Shown here: positions 1-8,708 of the stretch, piece by piece
Layout of the letters: each line of letters starts with the position of its first letter
Numbering within the stretch: position 1 is the stretch's first letter
Origin: an uncultured Candidatus Saccharibacteria bacterium
Lineage (GTDB): Bacteria > Patescibacteriota > Minisyncoccia > RBG-13-40-8-A
Direction of reading: 5' to 3'
Assembly (NCBI GenBank): GCA_965231075.1
Contig: OZ246412.1
Location: 553,787 to 617,786 of the forward strand
DNA length: 64,000 bases
The notes under the pieces: generated by a model
The model's input: the letters and a program-made list of their open reading frames with translations, nothing else
Database searches by the model: none
What the model was told of the DNA's origin: nothing
Position numbers and translations under genes: made by a program

Positions 1-201
1 TTTCTGGCATTTACCACAAGTGTAATAGAAATCATCGACGAAAAGAGATTTGTAATTGTATTCCGACCGTTCACACCAAATATAACATCGGGGTTTACTT
101 ATCTCGTCCCCGAGAACGATTTTAAAAATCTTCCATCGTTGCTTGGAAAACGCGCCCTAAAGATACTCTTTCATGGCTGGTTGTCGCGAACCAAGTCCTG
201 A
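1..201 (+). CDS. 3' end of DUF502-like membrane protein (partial)
   Basis: Open frame from window edge to TGA at 199-201: FLAFTTS...VIVFRPFTPNITSGFTYLVP, resembling the DUF502 'VFVPTxPNPTSGF..VP' motif; not in ORF track. Confidence 0.55.
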   Translation, partial: FLAFTTSVIEIIDEKRFVIVFRPFTPNITSGFTYLVPENDFKNLPSLLGKRALKILFHGWLSRTKS

Positions 202-206
202 ACAAC

Positions 207-239
207 AAAAAAGGAACACTTTCTGTGTTCCCTTTTTTT
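207..239. terminator. bidirectional intrinsic terminator
   Basis: AAAAAAGGAACAC-TTTCT-GTGTTCCCTTTTTT between convergent genes. Confidence 0.7.
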
Positions 240-252
240 ATTTTAACCTGAC

Positions 253-1980
253 CTATACCTCAATTATCACCGGCAAAACCATTGGTCGACGCTTGGTTTT
301 GCTGTATAAAAACTGGCCAATTTTGTCGCGTAAATTATCTTTGACAAACACCCAATTAATTGGCGCTCCGGGAATAGTGGTGTGTTCAACAATTTCCTTG
401 ACTTTTTTGCGAGCATCCGCTAAGAGTTGTTTAGATTCTTTCATATAGATAAACCCGCGCGAAATTATGTCCGGACTGTTTTTAATTTTGCCAGTTTGTC
501 GATCGATGGTGGCAATGATTACAAACATTCCATCCTCGGCCATGGTTTGTCTGTCTCTTAGTACAACGTGACCGATGTCACCAATGCCCAACCCATCAAC
601 AAAAACGTAATTGGTGTCAATTTTTTTGTTGAGAATTTTTGCCAATCTGTTTTGAAATTCAAGAACTGATCCGTTGTCTAAAACAAAAATTTTGTCTTTG
701 GGAATTCCCACCTGCATCGCTAATTTCGCTGCTTCTTTTAGAAAATAATGATTCGCATAAACTGGCAGAAAATAATCTGGTTGGATTTGTTTAATAATTT
801 CTTTGATATTTTCGGCATTAGAGTGACCACTGATGTGTACGTCCATGATTTCATTATGAACAACGTTATCGCATTGACGATACAAACTGTCTTTAAGGCG
901 TTGAATGGTTCTCTCGTTGCCAGGGATAACCGACGAAGAGAAGATTATGGTATCATTTTTTTTAATTCGAACAAATCGGTGTTCACCAGTAATAATTCGC
1001 GACAATACTGCATTGCCCTCGCCCTGTGCTCCAGTGCAAATAATAATAATCTTATTGTCGGGATGTTTATTGATTTCATTGATACCGATTAATGTCTCTT
1101 TGTCCACTTTAATGTATCCCAACCCTTGAGCTATTTCCACGTTCATTTTCATGCTGTAACCATCAAGCGCCACCTTTTTGCCAATCGTTTTAGCATATTC
1201 GATAATTTCGCCAATTCTTTTAATTTGAGAAGAAAACGTCCCAATTACCACCTTGCCCTGAGCATCGTTAATTAATTTTTTTAAATTAGCATACATATCC
1301 TTTTCGGAAATTTTCTCTTTGTTCGTATCCATTGACCCCAAACTTTCCAACATTAAAATTTTCGGTCCAGGCAAAGACACCAAATGATTATAAGTTACTG
1401 CTTGATGTGTATCTGAATTCTTTTCCATGGTCCAGTCGCCGGGATGAATAATTGTCCCTTCAGGAGTATTAAGAATCACGCCGACCGCATCCATAATTGA
1501 ATGTTCGACATTAAAGAACCCCACCCTAAATCGCCCTAAAGTCAATCGATCGTCAACTGATTTAATTTTAATAATTTTCAATTGTTTAATTGAGTCCTTG
1601 GCATACTCTTGCATTCTTTTTTCGATTAAAGCAATCGTTAAATCTCTGCCGATAATTGTCGGGTAGCCGAGTTTTTTTAAAAGTAACGGGGCAGCACCAA
1701 TGTGATCTAAATGACCATGACTAAAAATTACTCCTTTAATGTTTTTTTCTTTACCTTTTAAGTAATTAATGTTGGGAATAATAAAATCGATTCCTGGCAT
1801 ATCTTCTTCGGGAAACTGAATTCCCATATCTAAAATTACAATATCTTCGCCATATTCAAAAACCGTCATATTTCTTCCAACCTCTTCCATCCCGCCCAAG
1901 GGAATAATTTTTAAAGTTGGTTGTTTGGGTTTTTTCTGCGGTCTTTGTTTTCCTTGTCTGTGTTTAAATTGTTGTTCCAT
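253..1980 (-). CDS. rnj: ribonuclease J
   Basis: IIPLGGMEEVGRNM, metallo-beta-lactamase HGHLDHIG, HISGH, C-terminal RRPMVLPVIIEV. Confidence 0.95.
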   Translation of the reverse strand: MEQQFKHRQGKQRPQKKPKQPTLKIIPLGGMEEVGRNMTVFEYGEDIVILDMGIQFPEEDMPGIDFIIPNINYLKGKEKNIKGVIFSHGHLDHIGAAPLLLKKLGYPTIIGRDLTIALIEKRMQEYAKDSIKQLKIIKIKSVDDRLTLGRFRVGFFNVEHSIMDAVGVILNTPEGTIIHPGDWTMEKNSDTHQAVTYNHLVSLPGPKILMLESLGSMDTNKEKISEKDMYANLKKLINDAQGKVVIGTFSSQIKRIGEIIEYAKTIGKKVALDGYSMKMNVEIAQGLGYIKVDKETLIGINEINKHPDNKIIIICTGAQGEGNAVLSRIITGEHRFVRIKKNDTIIFSSSVIPGNERTIQRLKDSLYRQCDNVVHNEIMDVHISGHSNAENIKEIIKQIQPDYFLPVYANHYFLKEAAKLAMQVGIPKDKIFVLDNGSVLEFQNRLAKILNKKIDTNYVFVDGLGIGDIGHVVLRDRQTMAEDGMFVIIATIDRQTGKIKNSPDIISRGFIYMKESKQLLADARKKVKEIVEHTTIPGAPINWVFVKDNLRDKIGQFLYSKTKRRPMVLPVIIEV

Positions 1981-2004
1981 ATTTTTACATTTTTAATTAA
2001 TTAT

Positions 2005-2075
2005 TCGGGCTGCCCGGATTTGAACCGGGACCACTGACTCCCGAAGCCAGCGTACTACCATTATACTACAGCCCG
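2005..2075 (-). tRNA. tRNA-Pro(CGG), no encoded CCA
   Basis: Reverse complement CGGGCTG...CTGGC-TT-CGG-GA-GTCAG...GGTTCAAATCC...CAGCCCG-A forms a cloverleaf. Confidence 0.93.
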
Positions 2076-2079
2076 ATGA

Positions 2080-4419
2080 TTATTTTTTCTTTTTTAATAT
2101 TTTTTCTAATTCATCTCTGTCTAAAACCCAAAAGTTGTCTTTTTCTTTCGCATTTTCATCGTAAAACATCTCTCCCTTAATTTTAAATCCGGAATTTTTT
2201 AATACACCTTCCGAAAGTAGGTTTCTGGGGTTCGTGAAGGCTACAATTGTAGTTTTTTTTGATTTATTTAAAAGCGCAAAGCCAATTTGTCTAATTGCGC
2301 TCGGAACGTGTCCTCTTTCTTTATTTTTCTGTGGCAGGCCTTCATCGACAAGTCGCGCAAAACTCATTTCTAAAATTTCTGAATCTTTAGATAAGTCAAT
2401 TAACCCACTTTTTTTCAGATTAATGATCGTATCTTCTTCTGGGCTATAAAACCAAACAAATCCCTCCATTCGCCCTATCGCCTTTTCTCCGCAAATACCA
2501 TAAAAATATTCCTCCGAAAAATGTTTTTTAATCTCTTCTGTGGTATATGTGTCACCTGTCATCCATCTGCCCACTTCTGGTTGTGTATCAATATCTTGAA
2601 ACGCTTCTATATCTTTTGGGTTATTGGGGTCGGCCCTCTTAATCCATGCTGATTCTTGCTCAAAAACTTTCACTGGTCCCTCCTTTGGATTTTCGGGTAG
2701 TTTGCGATCCATAGACGGATTTTCTTCTGTTTTATTAATTTTCTTTATAAAGTCTGATATTTCCTTAACTGTTTCATTTGGTTCACAGTTATTTTTTATC
2801 CATCGACTGGCCTTTCTAGAATTCATTGTTTTGTCTTCATAAAGACTTAAAACTTCCTTTGATAATTCCTCGTTTGTTTGATAAAAAGCGTCAATGTTAG
2901 TTATCGTTGCGGTCCCAGTTTTAAAATCAAAAACCACAACTCCTCGCTCAAATAGTTTGTTTAGAGTATATACGGCAGCGTAATAATATTCATCACCATC
3001 AGATTTATCAAAAAGTTCCTCTAGTGAGTTTTCTAGGGCCGCAGAAGCCCACTCTTCTTTGGTTCCTTTTATTGCGCCTTTTTCGATTAATTTTGGTAGA
3101 AATTGTCGATAGAACTGTTCGGCTTTGACCTCATTAATAATCAAGCCCGGCTCTGCTCCTAATCTCTTCGCTCCCGGATCACCGTCTTTGTGAAAATGAC
3201 AGAATTCGTGAAATGAGGTGATAAAAAAAGACATTTTTAGACTATAGTGTTCTTGAGTATTACTAATTCGGAAATTTTTTTCTTTTGCTATAGCGTTTTG
3301 TAGTTTTTTTTGCTCAGCGAGAAAAATCATGCCAACCGATTCTCCCATTTGAGCGGTAGTTTTCATAGCTAATCCGGCGCCATAGTCTCCGATAGAATTA
3401 ACAACCGTAAACTTCTTTTCTGTTACATTTTTTGCTAGCTCGGTATGACCCATTTGTTCGAGCTCCTGAGAAATTATTTCTTGACAAGCAGATAGATTTT
3501 TTTCTTCTTCTGGAGACTTTAGTGTAATTTTTATTTCTGGATCAAAATATGGCGGCTTAAAGTATCCTCCTGTATATTCTGTTGGAACTATTAAAATCGG
3601 AAAATCAGACGAAGTTGATTGTCTATAAAGTTCGCTTACTAATTTATATTGTTCACTGATTTTTTCTATATCCTTTTCCCTATAAGAATCGCTCAGTGCT
3701 ATTAAATATTTTTGAAAGATATCCCCGCCGGGAAACTTTTGCCATTCAATTGGCATTTCACTTATCTCTTTAAATTTTCGACAAAGATATTGTGTGTCAC
3801 GATTAAATAATTCGTTGATTGTGTATGATTTTTCTTCTCCGGGCAAATAAAATTGAGTTGATAAAGACCCTTCTTTTGGCTGGGGCGACAGCCTTGAAAA
3901 TGCCAAGAAGCGGATAAAAAGATTATCGGCACGCATCGAAGCATCAAGAAGTTTTGTGGTAACATCACGTAGTTCTAAATTTAGTCCTAACTTTTCAAGA
4001 TCTTTTTCTTCGGCATGGGCGATGACCTCTTGATAGGCTTTTGTTTCCATGTGTCGCACGACGTGAGCAGCAACGGCGAGCAAAACCTCCCTTCTTTGTC
4101 CTTGAATTTCCGGTATTCCTTCGGGCCAATTATTAATAACCGTGTCAACAATTTCCTTTAGGGGAATGTTTTTAATTGACGAAACTTTTTCATGGAACGC
4201 GCCGACTTTGGTTTGTACTTGTTCTAAAACCACTCTTTGAACATTTTCGAAAAGTTCTAGAGAATTTTCCCACGGACCAATTTTTTCCGGCAAATCTTTT
4301 TTCCATTCAGTATAACCATCTAATAGCCCTAATGTTTTATAAATCCCTCTCAGTCCTGGCTCAGAATCAATTAATTTTTCTTGTTTAGTTCTTGGTTTTG
4401 GTTCCTTACTTTCTCCCAT
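2080..4419 (-). CDS. putative M49/DPP-III-like zinc metallopeptidase fused to a C-terminal GNAT acetyltransferase
   Basis: HEFCH followed by NEVKAE; C-terminal ~190 aa with RimJ/RimL-type GNAT pattern (EGFVWF...RGHVPSAI...AFTNPRNLLSEGVLKNSGF); ATG at 4419 preferred over TTG at 4434. Confidence 0.55.
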   Translation of the reverse strand: MGESKEPKPRTKQEKLIDSEPGLRGIYKTLGLLDGYTEWKKDLPEKIGPWENSLELFENVQRVVLEQVQTKVGAFHEKVSSIKNIPLKEIVDTVINNWPEGIPEIQGQRREVLLAVAAHVVRHMETKAYQEVIAHAEEKDLEKLGLNLELRDVTTKLLDASMRADNLFIRFLAFSRLSPQPKEGSLSTQFYLPGEEKSYTINELFNRDTQYLCRKFKEISEMPIEWQKFPGGDIFQKYLIALSDSYREKDIEKISEQYKLVSELYRQSTSSDFPILIVPTEYTGGYFKPPYFDPEIKITLKSPEEEKNLSACQEIISQELEQMGHTELAKNVTEKKFTVVNSIGDYGAGLAMKTTAQMGESVGMIFLAEQKKLQNAIAKEKNFRISNTQEHYSLKMSFFITSFHEFCHFHKDGDPGAKRLGAEPGLIINEVKAEQFYRQFLPKLIEKGAIKGTKEEWASAALENSLEELFDKSDGDEYYYAAVYTLNKLFERGVVVFDFKTGTATITNIDAFYQTNEELSKEVLSLYEDKTMNSRKASRWIKNNCEPNETVKEISDFIKKINKTEENPSMDRKLPENPKEGPVKVFEQESAWIKRADPNNPKDIEAFQDIDTQPEVGRWMTGDTYTTEEIKKHFSEEYFYGICGEKAIGRMEGFVWFYSPEEDTIINLKKSGLIDLSKDSEILEMSFARLVDEGLPQKNKERGHVPSAIRQIGFALLNKSKKTTIVAFTNPRNLLSEGVLKNSGFKIKGEMFYDENAKEKDNFWVLDRDELEKILKKKK

Positions 4420-4421
4420 GT

Positions 4422-5861
4422 TTATTTTATCCAATATTTTTCACGAATTTTGAGATCTTCCTCCTCTTTTTTTTCTTCAATTTTGCCTTTGGCTAATTTG
4501 CGTAGAACTTCGAGATTTTCTTCATTTAATTCTACAACTCTTCTCTCCAAGTATTTTTTATTGTTATTTTTTGGCTCTTCAATCACCTCTGCTAACAAAA
4601 CATCTAAAATTGCTCCCACTTTTGGACTAGGTTCAATTTTTAACAATTTCATTATATCTGTGCCATTAATTTTCAACATCTTTGCCGAAATTGGATCCTT
4701 GGAAACTTTTTCAATCATATATTCAATCGTTCTTAAACGATAGGGCTTTTCTTTTGGCCTACCCATACCCAATCGATCGGCAACGCGCAAATTTATCAAA
4801 TCAACAATATTTTCTTTGCCCACTCTTTTTAACAATCTTCTTGCGCCGGCATCAGTTAATTTCTCTGGATCAGAAACGAACATGTGGTTTTTAACCAATA
4901 AGACAACCTGATCAATAAATTTATTAGAAAATTTCAGTCGTCTTAAAATTCTATCGGTAAATTTTGCACCTACATAATCGTGGTTATAAAATGTCGAATC
5001 TGGACCATTGCCCTGCTTGGTTTCGGGCTTCCCAATATCGTGAAACAGGGCTGCAACTTTAATCTCTAAACTAAAATCTTTTTTAGCTGCTTCGTCCAGC
5101 GCCCTCAAGGAATGTTCGTAGATATCGTAGACGTGGTGCTTATTTTGGCTTACGCCCACGCCCTTATCAAGTTCAGGCAAAATAAATTTTAGTAAATTTG
5201 TTTGTCGTAACAAATCGATGCCATTGGCCGCTCTCTTGGTTTGAAAAATCTTAATTAATTCATCTTTAATTCTTTCGTTAGAAATCATCTGAATTAATTC
5301 TGCACTCTTTTGAATCGCTTTAAAGGTTTTTTCCTCGATTTCAAAATTGAGAGTACAAGCAAACCTTACTGCTCTCAACATTCTTAATGCATCTTCGTCA
5401 AATCTTTTATTGGCATCTCCAACTGCGCGGATAATTTTTTTCTTTAAATCTTTTTGTCCGTCAAAAAAATCGATAACTCTTTTTCTTTCATCTAATGCTA
5501 AAGCATTAACAGTGAAATCTCTTCTGGCTAAGTCATCCTCTAGTTTTTGAGCGAAAGTTATCTCGTCGGGATGACGTTTGTCAGAATATTTTCCCTCTAA
5601 ACGAAACGGAGTGATTTCAACGACCTTCAAGGTGTCATCTTTAGAATCGGTAATCACACTAACCGTGCCAAACATATTTTCGTAAAAATTTCTCGGAAAT
5701 AATTTCTGAATTTGTTTGGGATTAGCGTTGGTGGTGATGTCCCAATCCTTAGGTTTTTCGCCCAATATTAAATCTCTAACACAGCCCCCAACCGCGTATG
5801 CTTCGTAACCATTTTTGATCAATTTTTCCAATATTAAATTAACTTCCTTGGGAATTGTCAT
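4422..5861 (-). CDS. cca: CCA tRNA nucleotidyltransferase with HD domain
   Basis: VGGCVRDL, DWDITT, DLARRDFTVNA, EDALRMLRAVRF, HD domain (LFHDIGK). Confidence 0.9.
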   Translation of the reverse strand: MTIPKEVNLILEKLIKNGYEAYAVGGCVRDLILGEKPKDWDITTNANPKQIQKLFPRNFYENMFGTVSVITDSKDDTLKVVEITPFRLEGKYSDKRHPDEITFAQKLEDDLARRDFTVNALALDERKRVIDFFDGQKDLKKKIIRAVGDANKRFDEDALRMLRAVRFACTLNFEIEEKTFKAIQKSAELIQMISNERIKDELIKIFQTKRAANGIDLLRQTNLLKFILPELDKGVGVSQNKHHVYDIYEHSLRALDEAAKKDFSLEIKVAALFHDIGKPETKQGNGPDSTFYNHDYVGAKFTDRILRRLKFSNKFIDQVVLLVKNHMFVSDPEKLTDAGARRLLKRVGKENIVDLINLRVADRLGMGRPKEKPYRLRTIEYMIEKVSKDPISAKMLKINGTDIMKLLKIEPSPKVGAILDVLLAEVIEEPKNNNKKYLERRVVELNEENLEVLRKLAKGKIEEKKEEEDLKIREKYWIK

Positions 5862-5925
5862 CTACTTTAAACATACATTAAAAACATTGTTCTGACAAAT
5901 AAAAAAATCGCATTAATGCAATCGA

Positions 5926-5998
5926 TGCGCTCAGAGGGAATCGAACCCCCGACCATCTCCTTAAAAGGGAGCTGCTCTACCGGCTGAGCTATGAGCGC
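5926..5998 (-). tRNA. tRNA-Lys(TTT), no encoded CCA
   Basis: GCGCTCA-TAGCTCAGCCGGTAGAGC...CT-TTT-AA...GGTTCGATTCCC-TCTGAGCGC-A. Confidence 0.93.
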
Positions 5999-6047
5999 TT
6001 GATTTAAATCATAAATTTTAAAAAAATCTCTGTCAAATCTGGTTTGA

Positions 6048-6120
6048 TGCGCCGTGAGGGATTCGAACCCCCGACCATCTCCTTAAGAGGGAGCTGCTCT
6101 ACCAGCTGAGCTAACAGCGC
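6048..6120 (-). tRNA. tRNA-Lys(CTT), no encoded CCA
   Basis: GCGCTGT-TAGCTCAGCTGGTAGAGC...CT-CTT-AA...GGTTCGAATCCC-TCACGGCGC-A. Confidence 0.93.
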
Positions 6121-6135
6121 ATAAATTATAACAAA

Positions 6136-6207
6136 TGCCCTCGAGAGGATTCGAACCCCTAATTCGACGTCCGAAGCGTCGCGTGTTATCCATTATACCA
6201 CGAGGGC
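6136..6207 (-). tRNA. tRNA-Arg(TCG), no encoded CCA
   Basis: GCCCTCG...CGACG-CT-TCG-GA-CGTCG...GGTTCGAATCC...CGAGGGC-A. Confidence 0.92.
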
Positions 6208-6254
6208 GACAATAAAATCATACATCCGAATTAATTTTTGGTCAATTTTCTTTC

Positions 6255-6283
6255 TTGACAAATCTATAGAATAGTTATATATT
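6255..6283 (+). promoter_or_regulatory. sigma70-type promoter
   Basis: TTGACA-17 bp-TATATT upstream of an AAGGAG SD and the 68-aa ORF. Confidence 0.65.
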
Positions 6284-6302
6284 TATTCTAAGGAGAAAGT
6301 GG

Positions 6303-6509
6303 ATGAACCTTATAAAATATTTTAGAAATTGGAAACGGGCACGCAGAATCTTGGGAGAGAGAAAAAGAAGACAGGCCGAGGCTGAAAGTCGCCACGATCA
6401 ACACAGAGCAAGAATGGAGTACGAAGCACGTCAAAGTATCGAGCGACTTATCGTTTTTAAGCTACCCCACAACGTTTTCGATCGTCACAAATCCCCCCAC
6501 ACTAAGTAG
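6303..6509 (+). CDS. small basic hypothetical protein
   Basis: 68-aa ORF with own promoter, AAGGAG SD and a hairpin at 6491-6522. Confidence 0.6.
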   Translation: MNLIKYFRNWKRARRILGERKRRQAEAESRHDQHRARMEYEARQSIERLIVFKLPHNVFDRHKSPHTK

Positions 6510-6544
6510 TGTTGAGGGGGATATTTTCGTTTTAAAATCTGATT

Positions 6545-7684
6545 CTACAATATTCCCAATAGATAATAAGTTCCCAGTCCTAATAGAATAATCGCTTCAA
6601 TTAAACTTAGCCATTTCATTGCTTTCCCAGATACAATTTTTATGTTCATCGTGAATACAGCAATCAGAAAAACAATGATTTCATCTAGCATATAAAACAA
6701 AATATAAACCAGGAGATGAAAAATGTAACTAATCAGAGAAACTTTGGCATGCGCCATAACCCCCGCGAACAGAACCGGTATCACTGCCGAGCAAGGAAAT
6801 TCGACAATTGTGATTACGAAAGCAAAAATTACTACCCCTACAATTAATCCCCAAATCCCTCCTGATTTTTGAAATGCCTCTTGAATTTTTAAAGAATGCT
6901 TGGTAACAATTTTGTTGTCTTGTTTGCAAATTAAATCTTGTTTTCGAGATTTTAAGAATTGTTTTAGAAAATATATTGAACCCAATATTCCCAAGATTCC
7001 TACAAATAAATTCATTATCTTCAGAACTGGACTTAACAAATAAAATAATTGATACCACAAAAAGATCAATGCGCCATAAATTATCGCAGTAATTAAAATA
7101 TATAGTCCGCCGAATAAAATTATTTTTGGCCGTGATTTTAAAATCAGCACCAACCCCAAAATCATGATCAGTGCCCCCAATGAACAAACACTAAATCCAT
7201 CAAAAAACCCCAAAATTATCGCTTGCATTAACAATGAATATTTGCTCAAATCTATTTCCCCCAAGATTGGAATTGTGATCTTGTTTTCGTCTTTTTTGTC
7301 TGGCGTTTCGAAATTTAATTGTTTCTCAATCGAATTGACGATCTGTTTACCGATTCCATTTTCATTATCAAAACCCAGAAAAAAATCCTCACCGACAAAA
7401 GTCATTGGCACGGCACCCAAATATTTTTCGGCATTGTGTTTTTTAACCGAATCAATTAATAGTTGTCTATGGGTTGTGTCGGTAATTAAGTAGCGATTAA
7501 TTTTCACTTCAGGATAATTTGGTTCGATTTTATCTAAAAATGTATTTTCTGCCTTACAATGAACGCAGGTTTCAGAATAGAAGAAATTTATTTCTAGCTT
7601 CGTTTCTGCGTACGCAAAAAACGGGGTTACAATCGTTAGCCCGATTAAAGCAACCAAAAACAAATTAAATGATTTTTTTGTCAT
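6545..7684 (-). CDS. thioredoxin/glutaredoxin-domain polytopic membrane protein (DsbD/CcdA-like)
   Basis: Signal peptide, CVHC motif, then ~6 TM helices containing Cys (DGFSVC, VEFPCS). Confidence 0.75.
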   Translation of the reverse strand: MTKKSFNLFLVALIGLTIVTPFFAYAETKLEINFFYSETCVHCKAENTFLDKIEPNYPEVKINRYLITDTTHRQLLIDSVKKHNAEKYLGAVPMTFVGEDFFLGFDNENGIGKQIVNSIEKQLNFETPDKKDENKITIPILGEIDLSKYSLLMQAIILGFFDGFSVCSLGALIMILGLVLILKSRPKIILFGGLYILITAIIYGALIFLWYQLFYLLSPVLKIMNLFVGILGILGSIYFLKQFLKSRKQDLICKQDNKIVTKHSLKIQEAFQKSGGIWGLIVGVVIFAFVITIVEFPCSAVIPVLFAGVMAHAKVSLISYIFHLLVYILFYMLDEIIVFLIAVFTMNIKIVSGKAMKWLSLIEAIILLGLGTYYLLGIL

Positions 7685-7810
7685 TACTTCTTAATACTAC
7701 AATATTTTAATCTTTATTTCCACTCCGCTCCCTCTTGGCAAGAGAATTATTATAATGTATAATGTTTTTATTAATAAAATAAGTGATTCTAGTAAAAATA
7801 ATTTTACAAA

Positions 7811-8077
7811 ATGTTGGGAAAAATTAAGAAAAAGAAAATTATTACCGAACACAAAATCCACGACACCGATACCGGATCGGCGGATGTTCAGATTGGAATT
7901 TTATCTGAAGAGATAGAAAAATTAGCTGAACACCTAAAGAAACATCCTAAAGACAATCACTCTCGACGTGGTCTTTTGGGCATGGTTTCTAAGAGAAAAA
8001 AATTACTTGAATGGCTAAGTTCTGAAAATGAATCTCGCTATAAAAAAGTAATTAAGGCATTGGGTTTGAAAAAATAA
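7811..8077 (+). CDS. rpsO: 30S ribosomal protein S15
   Basis: HDTDTGSADVQI...HLKKHPKDNHSRRGLLGMVSKR. Confidence 0.97.
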   Translation: MLGKIKKKKIITEHKIHDTDTGSADVQIGILSEEIEKLAEHLKKHPKDNHSRRGLLGMVSKRKKLLEWLSSENESRYKKVIKALGLKK

Positions 8078-8080
8078 TTT

Positions 8081-8596
8081 ATGAGTATTATTAAAAACAA
8101 GGATCAGAGGGTGGGCGTGTTTATGGATGTTCAAAACATGTATCATTCGGCAAAAAACCTTTACGGAGCAAGGGTCAATTTTAAAGAAATTTTAAAAACT
8201 GCAGTTGCTAATCGAAAACTTATTAGAGCAATTGCTTATGTTGTGACCACTGAATCGGGAGATGAAAAGGCATTTTTAGAAGCGTTAACCAAGGCGGGAA
8301 TTGAGGTTAAAAGTAAAGATTTACAAATTTTTCCTGGTGGAATGAAAAAGGCTGATTGGGATGTGGGTATGGCCGTGGACGCAATCAGTTTGAATACAAA
8401 ATTAGACACCATTGTTTTGGTTACCGGTGATGGTGACTTTGTGCCATTAGTAGAATACTTACAATCACAAGGACAACAAGTAGAAGTAATTTCGTTTGGT
8501 AAAAGTGCATCCGCCAAATTAAAAGAAGTAGTCGATGATTTCACCGATTTAAGCGCTTCCCCGCAAAAGTACCTAATAGGAATAAGAAATAAATAA
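8081..8596 (+). CDS. NYN-domain (LabA/DUF88, PIN-like) protein
   Basis: VFMDVQNM, KADWDVGMAVD, LVTGDGDFVPLV, ASAKLKEVVDDF. Confidence 0.9.
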   Translation: MSIIKNKDQRVGVFMDVQNMYHSAKNLYGARVNFKEILKTAVANRKLIRAIAYVVTTESGDEKAFLEALTKAGIEVKSKDLQIFPGGMKKADWDVGMAVDAISLNTKLDTIVLVTGDGDFVPLVEYLQSQGQQVEVISFGKSASAKLKEVVDDFTDLSASPQKYLIGIRNK

Positions 8597-8630
8597 CCTG
8601 TCCCGACCTTGCGTCGGGATTAATAAGTAA

Positions 8631-8700
8631 CGTTTTGGTCTGCGGACACATAGATTATAGATTCATACGAATCGTAGTCTGAAGTTTGCAGATCAGGGCG
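8631..8700 (+). promoter_or_regulatory. long RNA stem-loop in the pnp leader
   Basis: CGUUUUGGUCUGCGGAC pairs 17/17 (6 G-U) with GUUUGCAGAUCAGGGCG; inner AGAUUAU/GUAGUCU and GAUUC/GAAUC stems. Confidence 0.7.
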
Positions 8701-8708
8701 AAAAATAT

